Assembly (NCBI GenBank): GCA_046758745.1 | Contig: JBHIAV010000001.1 | Span: 59,511 to 123,510, forward strand | Length of the DNA: 64,000 nucleotides | Direction of reading: 5' to 3' | Source: Gemmatimonadota bacterium | GTDB taxonomy: Bacteria; Gemmatimonadota; Gemmatimonadetes; Palauibacterales; Palauibacteraceae | Shown: one piece after another, positions 1-7,826 of the stretch | Layout of the letters: each line of letters opens with the position of its first letter | Numbering within the stretch: position 1 is the first letter of the stretch | Position numbers and translations under genes: made by a program | Notes under the pieces: model-generated | Told to the model about the DNA's origin: nothing | The model's input: the letters and a program-made list of their open reading frames with translations, nothing else | Databases searched by the model: none

Positions 1-2
1 GG

Positions 3-1973
3 CGGGACCTCCTGTACCACCTGCCGCATCGCTACGAGGACGCCACCACCGTCGCCCCGATCGGCTCCCTCCAGCCCGGCGACGACGCGACCGTCATCGG
101 CCACGTCATCTCGAAGGGGATCCTCCCGACCCGCCGCGGCCTTCGCATCTTCCGGGCGGTGCTCCGGGACGAGTCGGGGCTCATCGAGTGCGCCTGGCCC
201 GGCCAACCGTGGCTCGACCGAACGGTCGCTCGTGGCGACGTCCTCCTCGTCTCGGGACCCGTCCGCTTCTTCCACGGGCGGCAGCTCCAGCCGCGAGAGC
301 ACACGATCCTCGCCTCGGCGGAGGAGGAAGCGGAGCGAACGGGACGCGTCTTCCCCATCTATCCCGCCACCGAGGGACTCACCCACCGGCAGATCCGGCG
401 CATCGTCGAGTCGAACCTGGATACCCTCCTCCGCGAGGTGCGCGAGACGTTGCCGGAGAGTTGGCTGACCGACCTCTCCCTGCCGCCGCTCCCCGATGCG
501 CTCCGGGCTCTCCACCGGCCCGAGCGTCTCTCCGATGTAGAACCGGCGCGCCGCCGGCTCGCCTTCGAGGAGCTCTTCTTCCTACAGCTCCTCCACGCGC
601 GCGCCCGCGAGCGTCTGCGCCGAGAGGCTCCCGGTCACCCGATGCGGGCGGCTCCCCGGCTGAGCTCGGCCTTTCTCGCGTCCCTGCCGTTCCGCCTCAC
701 CGCGGCTCAGCGGCGCGTGTGGGCGGAGATCGAGGAGGACATGGCGAGCGCCGCAAGGATGTACCGGCTTCTCCAGGGAGACGTCGGGAGCGGCAAGACG
801 GTGGTGGCCATCGCCGCGATGCTCAAGGCGGTCGAGTGCGGCCACCAGGCCGCGCTGATGGCACCGACAGAGCTCCTCGCCGAGCAGCACCTGCGCACGC
901 TCCGAGAGCACGTGTGCGCGCTCGGTCTCGAGCCCGAGCTTCTCACGGGCTCGGTACAGGGACCCTCGCGCGAGCGGCTCCTCCAGCGGGTGCGTGAGGG
1001 CGACGCCCGGCTGGTCGTCGGGACGCACGCCCTGATCCAGGAGGGGGTTTCGTTCCGTTCCCTCGGTCTCGTGGTGGTGGACGAGCAACATCGTTTCGGC
1101 GTCGACCAGCGCCGGTTGATGCGTGACGCGGGGAGAGCGGCGGACACACTGGTGATGTCCGCCACGCCGATTCCGCGCTCCCTCGCGCTCACGCTGTACG
1201 GGGATCTGGATCTCTCGGTGATCGATGAGTTGCCTCCCGGGCGGCGGCCGGTGGTCACGGGCATCCGTGGTCCCGAGAGCCGGGAGGTGGCGTTCGAGTT
1301 CGTACGGGAGCAGCTGTGTGCCGGGCGTCAGGCGTATGCGGTGTACCCGCTGATCGAGCAGTCGGAGGCGATCGACGCTCGCGCCGCCGCCGCCATGCAC
1401 GAGGCGCACGTCAAGCGCTTCCCGGAGTTCCGCGTCGGCCTCCTGCACGGGCGGCTCAAGCCGGCGGAGAAAGAGGAGATCATGCGCCGCTTCCTGGCCG
1501 GCGAGATCGACCTCCTCGTCACCACGAGCGTCGTAGAGGTGGGGATCGACGTACCCAACGCCACGATCATGATGATCGAAGACGCGGAGCGCTTCGGGCT
1601 TGCCCAACTGCACCAGCTGCGCGGGCGTGTGGGCCGTGGCGCCGAGCAGAGTTACTGCGTGGCGTTCTTCTCCGGCGAGGAACCTCCCGAGCGCCTGCGG
1701 GCCTTCGCGTCGACGACGGACGGCTTCGTCCTGGCGCGGGAGGACCTTCGCCTGCGCGGAGAAGGCAACCTCTTCGGTCTCGAGCAGCACGGAGCACCCC
1801 AGCTTCGCTTCGCCGACCTGGCGGGGGACGCGGCCCTCCTCGAGGTGGCGCGGCGACGCGCTCGAGCGATCGTCGCCGAGGACCCCGAGCTGGGTCGGTT
1901 GCCTCACCGCCGTTTCGCCCGTGAGCTGGCCGAGCGTTACGCGAGGCACGAGGCGCTGTACGGGATCGGATGA
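3..1973 (+). CDS. recG: ATP-dependent DNA helicase RecG (5'-truncated by window edge)
   Basis: The frame is open from base 3 (RDLLYHLPHRYED). Motifs GDVGSGKT, DEQHRFG, MSATPIPR and QLHQLRGRVGRG are present. Confidence 0.96.
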   Translation, partial: RDLLYHLPHRYEDATTVAPIGSLQPGDDATVIGHVISKGILPTRRGLRIFRAVLRDESGLIECAWPGQPWLDRTVARGDVLLVSGPVRFFHGRQLQPREHTILASAEEEAERTGRVFPIYPATEGLTHRQIRRIVESNLDTLLREVRETLPESWLTDLSLPPLPDALRALHRPERLSDVEPARRRLAFEELFFLQLLHARARERLRREAPGHPMRAAPRLSSAFLASLPFRLTAAQRRVWAEIEEDMASAARMYRLLQGDVGSGKTVVAIAAMLKAVECGHQAALMAPTELLAEQHLRTLREHVCALGLEPELLTGSVQGPSRERLLQRVREGDARLVVGTHALIQEGVSFRSLGLVVVDEQHRFGVDQRRLMRDAGRAADTLVMSATPIPRSLALTLYGDLDLSVIDELPPGRRPVVTGIRGPESREVAFEFVREQLCAGRQAYAVYPLIEQSEAIDARAAAAMHEAHVKRFPEFRVGLLHGRLKPAEKEEIMRRFLAGEIDLLVTTSVVEVGIDVPNATIMMIEDAERFGLAQLHQLRGRVGRGAEQSYCVAFFSGEEPPERLRAFASTTDGFVLAREDLRLRGEGNLFGLEQHGAPQLRFADLAGDAALLEVARRRARAIVAEDPELGRLPHRRFARELAERYARHEALYGIG

Positions 1974-2026
1974 GGGGGTGGAGCCACCGTCTCATCGGGG
2001 GTCCGCCGGAACACGTGGGCCCGCCG

Positions 2027-2055
2027 TTGACGACTCTCCGCTGCGTGTCTACTCT
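2027..2055 (+). promoter_or_regulatory. sigma70-type promoter for asnS
   Basis: TTGACG-17 bp-TACTCT, about 70 bp upstream of the asnS ATG. Confidence 0.55.
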
Positions 2056-2124
2056 CCGCGTCGCCCAGCGCCCCGGGCCGTCCGCCACCCGGAGCCGCCT
2101 TTCCCCGATACGATAACCGAGCCC

Positions 2125-3426
2125 ATGGCCGAGAACGTGTGCCCGATTCGCGAGCTGCCCCGGCAAGTCGGGGAGACCGTCACCGTGCGCGGCTGGGTCC
2201 GCCAGTTCCGCTCGAGCGGGAAGATCCTGTTCGTGATCCTGCGCGACGGGACGGGCGAGGTACAGGTGGTGGTGGCCCGAAACGAGGTGGACGGGGCGAG
2301 CTGGGAGGCGGCTGCCGGTCTCGGCTACGAGGCGAGCGTGATCGTCGACGGCGTGGTATGCGAAGACACGCGGGCCCCCGGCGGCGTGGAGCTCACGGGC
2401 ACCCGCATCGAGGTCGTCGGCCCGGCCGTCGACTATCCGATTCAGCCGAAGGAGCACGGGATCGACTTCCTGCTGGACCACCGGCACCTGTGGCTCCGGC
2501 ACGAGCGCCAGGCGGCGATCATGCGGGTGCGGGACGAGGTGATCCGCGCTATCCGGGACTTCTTCCACCAGCGGGGCTTTATCCTCATCGACACGCCGAT
2601 CCTCACCGGGGCGATCGGCGAGTCCGCCGGGACGCTTTTCGACACGGAGTACTTCGACATGGGGAAGGCGTATCTGGCGCAGACCGGGCAGCTCTACGCG
2701 GAGGCGGCGGCCGCCGCGCTCGGGAAGGTGTACTGCTTCGGCCCGACCTTCCGTGCCGAGAAGTCTAAGACACGTCGGCACCTGACGGAGTTCTGGATGG
2801 TGGAGCCGGAGGTGGCGTGGCTCGACAGCGACGGCAACATGCGGCTGCAGGAGGAGTTCGTCACCTACATCGTCGAGCGAGTGCTCGAGCGCCAACGCCC
2901 ACAGCTCGAGACCCTCGGCCGGGACCTCTCGCGTCTGGAAAAGATCCGGCCGCCCTTCGACCGAGTCAGCTACACGGACGCGGTCGAAGGGCTGCGGGAG
3001 CGTGGAAGCGACATCGAATGGGGCGATGACATGGGGGCGGAGGACGAAACGCTCCTTGCAGAGGGGCGGGAGCTCCCGCTGTTCGTGTACGATTACCCAC
3101 GCGAAGCGAAGGCCTTCTACATGAAGGAAAACCCGGCCGACCCCCGCACGGTGAAGTGCGATGACCTCATCGCGCCGGAGGGGTACGGGGAGATCATCGG
3201 CGGCAGTCAGCGCGAGGACGACTACGACAAGCTCGTGGCGAGGATCCGCGAGGAGGGCCTTCCGGAGGAGGCGTACGGGTGGTACCTGGACCTGCGCCGG
3301 TACGGTACCTTCCCGCACAGCGGCTTCGGCCTCGGCCTCGAGCGCACGGTGAGCTGGATCTGCGGCCTCCCACACCTGCGTGAGGCGATCCCCTTTCCGC
3401 GCCTCATGAACCGCCTCGCCCCGTAG
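2125..3426 (+). CDS. asnS: asparagine--tRNA ligase
   Basis: OB-fold start (VRGWVR..GKILFVILRDGTG), YLAQTGQLY, FRAEKSKTRRHLTEFWMVEPE, GEIIGGSQRE, PHSGFGLGLER. ATG at 2125 lies within ORF 1600..3426. Confidence 0.93.
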   Translation: MAENVCPIRELPRQVGETVTVRGWVRQFRSSGKILFVILRDGTGEVQVVVARNEVDGASWEAAAGLGYEASVIVDGVVCEDTRAPGGVELTGTRIEVVGPAVDYPIQPKEHGIDFLLDHRHLWLRHERQAAIMRVRDEVIRAIRDFFHQRGFILIDTPILTGAIGESAGTLFDTEYFDMGKAYLAQTGQLYAEAAAAALGKVYCFGPTFRAEKSKTRRHLTEFWMVEPEVAWLDSDGNMRLQEEFVTYIVERVLERQRPQLETLGRDLSRLEKIRPPFDRVSYTDAVEGLRERGSDIEWGDDMGAEDETLLAEGRELPLFVYDYPREAKAFYMKENPADPRTVKCDDLIAPEGYGEIIGGSQREDDYDKLVARIREEGLPEEAYGWYLDLRRYGTFPHSGFGLGLERTVSWICGLPHLREAIPFPRLMNRLAP

Positions 3427-3439
3427 CGGGACTGCTCGC

Positions 3440-3626
3440 CCGGTAGGCCGAGGGCCAAGCTCGCCGTAGGCGGACAGCTGGGCTTGCGATGAGCAGACAG
3501 GCGGGATCGCTGTAGGCAGAGAGCCCGATTTGCTCGTAGGCAGACAGCTCGGCCTATCGTAAGCAGACAGCCAAGCTTGTGGTGGGCGGACGGGCAACGT
3601 CCGGTAGGCCGACGGCCAAGCTCGCT
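3440..3626 (+). repeat. degenerate tandem array of 8 units of ~23 bp, core GTAGGCAGACAG
   Basis: Cores start at 3443, 3466, 3489, 3512, 3536, 3559, 3582 and 3604. Terminal units 3440-3464 and 3601-3625 match at 24/25 bp. Confidence 0.85.
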
Positions 3627-3643
3627 CCGATCCCCGTCCGGCT

Positions 3644-3670
3644 GCAACTTTCTTCTCAGCTGCGCCGTAT
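3644..3670 (+). promoter_or_regulatory. candidate ECF-sigma promoter
   Basis: GCAAC-17 bp-CGTAT (the AAC...CGT ECF pattern) just upstream of the SD AAGGAGG at 3681. Confidence 0.4.
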
Positions 3671-3693
3671 CAGGGTGCGAAAGGAGGGCTCAC

Positions 3694-3966
3694 ATGGAGG
3701 AGCTGCTGTGGCTCGCCCTCACCGGTGGGGCGTCCGCGTTCGGTTATTTCAAGACGAGGGCTTTCGTGCGGGAGCGTCTGCGCTTCGTGGATGTGGCCCA
3801 CAGGGGGGCGGCGCCGGTGATCGCCGGCGCGCTGGCCGCGCTCGTGGCATCGCCACTCGCCCTCCTCCCGGTGATCAACGGGGCGAGCGCGCTTCTGTTC
3901 GGCGTGGGGGTGGGGCTGGGGGCGCGGAAGGGAACCCGGGACGTGAAGCGGATCACCGGGAGCTGA
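3694..3966 (+). CDS. small membrane protein, unknown function (90 aa)
   Basis: Strong SD AAGGAGG 6 nt before the ATG. Begins MEELLWLALTGG and has 2-3 hydrophobic, Gly-rich segments. Confidence 0.8.
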   Translation: MEELLWLALTGGASAFGYFKTRAFVRERLRFVDVAHRGAAPVIAGALAALVASPLALLPVINGASALLFGVGVGLGARKGTRDVKRITGS

Positions 3967-3989
3967 ACGGCCGAGCCCTCGCGCGCCCG

Positions 3990-4850
3990 CTACGTCCCGT
4001 CTTCCATCTTCGTCCGCTCCCACAGGGCGTCCAGCGTCTCGAGCGAAGTCTCCGCCGGGTCGATCCCGCTCTCTCGCGCCAGCTCCACAACGCGCCGGAA
4101 TCGCCGAGCGAACTTGTCCGTCGCGCGCTCGAGCGCCACCGATGGATGAACCCCGGCGAGCCGTGCCACGTTGACGGCCGTGAACAGCAGGTCACCGACC
4201 TCCTCCAGGGTTTCGCGGCTCGACTCCGCGTGCGATCCATCCGGGGGATCGGTCGCCCCTGCGGCCGCGGCGAGAAGTCTCTCCAGCTCTTCCGTCTCCT
4301 CGCGCAGCTTCTCCAGCGCGCCGCTCGCCTCCGGCCAGTCGAAGTTGAGGGCGGCCGCCCGCTCCTGGAACCGTGCGGCCCGGCTCAGTGCCTCCAGGGC
4401 GTTCGGGACGCCGGCAAAGGGATCCTGTGTGCGCCCCCGCCGCTCTTGCGCCTTGAGGGCCTCCCACTCGCGGGGCTCGGTCCCCTCGCCGTACACGTGA
4501 GGGTGTCGCTCCCGCATCTTCCGCTCGAGAACGGAGACGACGGCATCGGCCTCGAACGCCCCCCGCTCCTCGGCGAGGACGATCTGGAAGGCGACGTTGA
4601 GGAGTAGGTCACCGAGCTCGCGCAGAAGCTCGTCCTCGTCGCCTTTGCGAATCGCCTCGGCGACCTCGTGCGCCTCTTCGAGGAGATAAGGCCGGAGGGT
4701 CTCGGGCGTCTGCTTCGCATCCCACTGACAGCGGGCGCGCAGGAAGCGAACGAGGGCCAGGCTCCGTCCGAGCGCCGCGTCCCCGGCCCGGTCGGAGCCA
4801 GCGCGCGGCGCCCCTCCGGAAGGGCGGAAAGCTTGTTGCTCGGCGCACAT
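3990..4850 (-). CDS. mazG: nucleoside triphosphate pyrophosphohydrolase MazG
   Basis: CQWDAKQT..YLLEEAHEV, ELGDLL, RHPHVYG and a second EEVGDLLF domain. Confidence 0.93.
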   Translation of the reverse strand: MCAEQQAFRPSGGAPRAGSDRAGDAALGRSLALVRFLRARCQWDAKQTPETLRPYLLEEAHEVAEAIRKGDEDELLRELGDLLLNVAFQIVLAEERGAFEADAVVSVLERKMRERHPHVYGEGTEPREWEALKAQERRGRTQDPFAGVPNALEALSRAARFQERAAALNFDWPEASGALEKLREETEELERLLAAAAGATDPPDGSHAESSRETLEEVGDLLFTAVNVARLAGVHPSVALERATDKFARRFRRVVELARESGIDPAETSLETLDALWERTKMEDGT

Positions 4851-4889
4851 ACGGCCGGTATACTATGCCGGCCTTGAAAACGGTGTCAA
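4836..4889. promoter_or_regulatory. overlapping divergent promoters for mazG and alr
   Basis: Plus strand: TTGCTC-17-TATACT (4836-4864). Minus strand: TTGACA-18-TAGTAT (4889-4860). Confidence 0.55.
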
Positions 4890-6064
4890 TCGAAGCGACG
4901 CGGCGCGCCTGGGTGGAGGTCGACCCGGCGGCGCTGGGGCGGAACGGCCGGACGCTCGTCGCGCGTCTGCGACCGGGCTGCCGACTCCTCCCCATGATCA
5001 AGGCGGATGGGTACGGGCTGGGTGCGGAGCGGGCGATGCGGGCTCTCGAGCCGCTCGACCCGTGGGGGTTCGGGGTGGCGACCGTCGAGGAGGGAGTGGC
5101 CCTCCGCCGGTCCGGGTGGTTGGGCCGCGTGATCGTGTTCACGCCGTGCGCGCCGATGGACGCCGCCGCGATGGTTCGGGAGCGCCTCGAGCCCGTGGTG
5201 ACGGAGATCGCCGCCCTCAAGGTGTACGGAGAGGCGGCCGCCGCCACGGCTCGGACGCTCTCGCTGCATCTGGAGATCGACACGGGGATGGGCCGGTCGG
5301 GACCGGCGTGGAATCGGGCCGGGAGTTGGGCCCGTGAGCTGAGGGCGGCCCTCGCCGAGCTCCCACTCGAACTGGCGAGCACGTTCACGCACTTCCACTC
5401 GGCCGCCGAGGATGAGGACGCGACGCGGGAGCAGTGGCGGAGGTACCGCGACGCCCTCGTGGAGCTGAAGCGCGCGGGGATCGAGAGGGTTCCCTCCCAC
5501 GCCTGCAACAGCGCCGCGATCCTGCGGTTTTCGGAGATGCACGCCGATGTCGTGCGCCCGGGGATCTTCCTGTACGGTGGACGTTGCGGCGGAGCTCGAC
5601 CGGAGCCGGTGGCCGCCGTGCGGGCGCGCGTCCTGTGCGTGAGCCGGGCGGGGGAGGGAACTACGGTGAGCTACGGCGCCACGTACCGGACACCGGGCCC
5701 CGCCCGGCTCGCGACCCTGGCGATCGGCTATGCAGACGGCCTTCGTCGCGAGCTTTCGAACCGCGGGTACGCGATCCTGAGAGGGAGACGGGCCCCGATC
5801 CGGGGCGACGTGTGCATGGATTCGATCGTGGTCGACGTTACCGGGATCGACGGGGTCCGCTCGGGGGATGTGGCCACCATCCTCGGCCGGGACGGGGCGG
5901 AGGAGATCGGGCTGGAGGAGATGGCGAGGTGGTGCGAGACGATCGACTACGAGATCCTGACGGGCTGGTCGAGCCGGCTCCCGAGGATCGAGGCGCCTGT
6001 GGGTGAGAACGGGACCGCGAGCGCGGATGAAGGCCGGGGCTCATCCGGCGTCCCACGAGGATGA
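4865..6064 (+). CDS. alr: alanine racemase (true start possibly TTG 4874 or GTG 4883)
   Basis: PLP lysine motif IKADGYGLG, HLEIDTGMGR, VRPGIFLYG, SYGATY, IGYADG, VCMD. Confidence 0.95.
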   Translation: MPALKTVSIEATRRAWVEVDPAALGRNGRTLVARLRPGCRLLPMIKADGYGLGAERAMRALEPLDPWGFGVATVEEGVALRRSGWLGRVIVFTPCAPMDAAAMVRERLEPVVTEIAALKVYGEAAAATARTLSLHLEIDTGMGRSGPAWNRAGSWARELRAALAELPLELASTFTHFHSAAEDEDATREQWRRYRDALVELKRAGIERVPSHACNSAAILRFSEMHADVVRPGIFLYGGRCGGARPEPVAAVRARVLCVSRAGEGTTVSYGATYRTPGPARLATLAIGYADGLRRELSNRGYAILRGRRAPIRGDVCMDSIVVDVTGIDGVRSGDVATILGRDGAEEIGLEEMARWCETIDYEILTGWSSRLPRIEAPVGENGTASADEGRGSSGVPRG

Positions 6065-6573
6065 CCGGTCGCACCGAGAGCTCGCCGTGGGCCGCGCTCC
6101 GGGAGGCCGCTCGCTCCTCCATGGAGCAGGCGTATGCGCCGTATTCAGGCTACCGCGTCGGTGCCGCGCTCGAGGCGCAAGACGGCCGCCGGTTCGGCGG
6201 GTGCAACGTGGAGAACGCCTCCTATCCGGTCACCATGTGCGCCGAGAGGGTGGCCCTGGGGGCCGCGGTGCGGGCGGGAGCGCGCCGGTTCCGGAGGCTG
6301 TACATCTGCGTGAGCGGGGAGCGTCCCGCCTCACCGTGCGGGATGTGCCGGCAGGCGCTCGCGGAATTCGGGCTCGGGCTGGAGGTGAGGAGCGAGGGCG
6401 CCTCCGGTGAAACGATGCACTGGACGCTGGGTGACCTCCTGCCGGGCGCCTTCGCTTTCGAGCCGTCCGTCGGGCGGGCCGCGGAGGCACGGTCAGGGAA
6501 GGCGGAGCGTCCCGACGCCACCGAGACAGACGGTCCCCTCGGCGAACCCCGGCCGGAGAAGGACCGTCGGTGA
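6061..6573 (+). CDS. cdd: cytidine deaminase
   Basis: AYAPYS, GCNVENASY, CAER and the zinc motif PCGMCRQ. Confidence 0.95.
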   Translation: MTGRTESSPWAALREAARSSMEQAYAPYSGYRVGAALEAQDGRRFGGCNVENASYPVTMCAERVALGAAVRAGARRFRRLYICVSGERPASPCGMCRQALAEFGLGLEVRSEGASGETMHWTLGDLLPGAFAFEPSVGRAAEARSGKAERPDATETDGPLGEPRPEKDRR

Positions 6574-7826
6574 CGGCGAGGCTCGCCGCGCTCGCGGCTG
6601 TCCTCCTCGCCTCGGAAGTGGCCGGCTGCACCGAGGAGGCTCTCACGGACGTCCCGCCGGACGCCGTGCCGGGAGAGGGCGCCGAGACCGTCGAGCTCCG
6701 GCTCCGCGCCTCGGAGCTCCCGCAGTGGGATGATACCACCTTCTCCGGCTTCAGCACACCGAGCGATGCGGGCATCCTGGTCGCCGCCGCCGACTCGACG
6801 CTCCAGGCACGCATCCTCGGACGCTTCTCGAACATTCCCGACAGCGTTCAGATCGACACCGTTCGCCGGGCCGTCCTCGAGTTCGACAGCGCCTCCATCC
6901 GCCTCGTGCTGGACACGGCGCAGTCGGTCTTCACGGATTCGGCCACGGCTTTGCGGGTGGAGGTTCGTGCCCTCGCCCGCCGCTTCGAGGCGCGAGAGGC
7001 CACCTGGACGGAGGCCGCCAGGGGTGAGTCCTGGTCGACGCCGGGCGGCGACCTCGGCGCTCTGCTGGGTGAGCGGCAGCTCGAAGGACGTGCGGACACG
7101 GTGCGCCTCGCCCTCGACGCGGTGGATGTCGATTCCCTCCTCGTGGCTTGGCGGGACGGCGGGGGCGGGCCGGGGATCGCCGTCGTGGTGGGCGGGCCGG
7201 CCGGCCGGCTCGGCGCGACGAACCTGGCCATCCGGATGCGCGCCCGGCTCGAAGGCATCGACTCCCTCTTCACGGTGCTTCGCTCGGCGAGCGCCAGCAC
7301 CTTCATCTTCGATCCCCCTCGCCCTGCGGCCGGCCTTTCGCTCCGAGTAGCCGGGCTCCCGTCATCACGTGCCTACGTTCGCTTCACACCCCCGGAGCGG
7401 GTCGGTAGCCTCAAGATTCGCGGTTCGACGATCAACCGCGCGGAGATCCTCCTCCGACCCCTTCCGCCCTCGCCGGATCCGTACGCGCTGGATCGAGTGA
7501 TCTCCTCCAGCGTGTTCCGGCTGCTCGCGGATCCGTTCGTCCTAGGGGCGAAGACACCCATCGGCGCCGCCCTCGGGCTGCCCCGCGCTCTAGATCCGGA
7601 CTCGCTGGAGGCCGGGGAGCCGCTCGTGTTCGATGTGACCCAGCTGTTGGCGGAGTGGGCCGAAGCCGATCCGGCCTCGCTCGTCCAGCTCTTTGTCGGC
7701 TTCCGGTCGCTACCGGAGGGCGGAGGACTCGGTCTGTGGGACTTCGGTTCCGTCGAGGGGCCGGTCGATGTCGAGCCCGTGCTCCGGATGCTCGTGACGC
7801 CCTCCACCCCCTTCCGGCTGCCGTGA
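6570..7826 (+). CDS. hypothetical lipoprotein
   Basis: Signal peptide with a lipobox-like VAGC. GTGA overlaps with both neighbouring genes. Confidence 0.75.
   Translation: MTARLAALAAVLLASEVAGCTEEALTDVPPDAVPGEGAETVELRLRASELPQWDDTTFSGFSTPSDAGILVAAADSTLQARILGRFSNIPDSVQIDTVRRAVLEFDSASIRLVLDTAQSVFTDSATALRVEVRALARRFEAREATWTEAARGESWSTPGGDLGALLGERQLEGRADTVRLALDAVDVDSLLVAWRDGGGGPGIAVVVGGPAGRLGATNLAIRMRARLEGIDSLFTVLRSASASTFIFDPPRPAAGLSLRVAGLPSSRAYVRFTPPERVGSLKIRGSTINRAEILLRPLPPSPDPYALDRVISSSVFRLLADPFVLGAKTPIGAALGLPRALDPDSLEAGEPLVFDVTQLLAEWAEADPASLVQLFVGFRSLPEGGGLGLWDFGSVEGPVDVEPVLRMLVTPSTPFRLP

Noticed and set aside
1567-3597. 676-aa antisense ORF over asnS, and similar long shadow ORFs (12878..15214, 19530..22088, 22666..25185, 26893..29133, 34278..36758, 57902..61081)
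   Set aside because: These are antisense or alternative-frame ORFs expected at high GC. They have no recognisable motifs and overlap well-supported genes.
3440-3626. CRISPR array interpretation of the repeat
   Set aside because: The period is only ~23 bp, the repeats are degenerate and non-palindromic, the linkers are ~11 bp, and there are no cas genes in the window.
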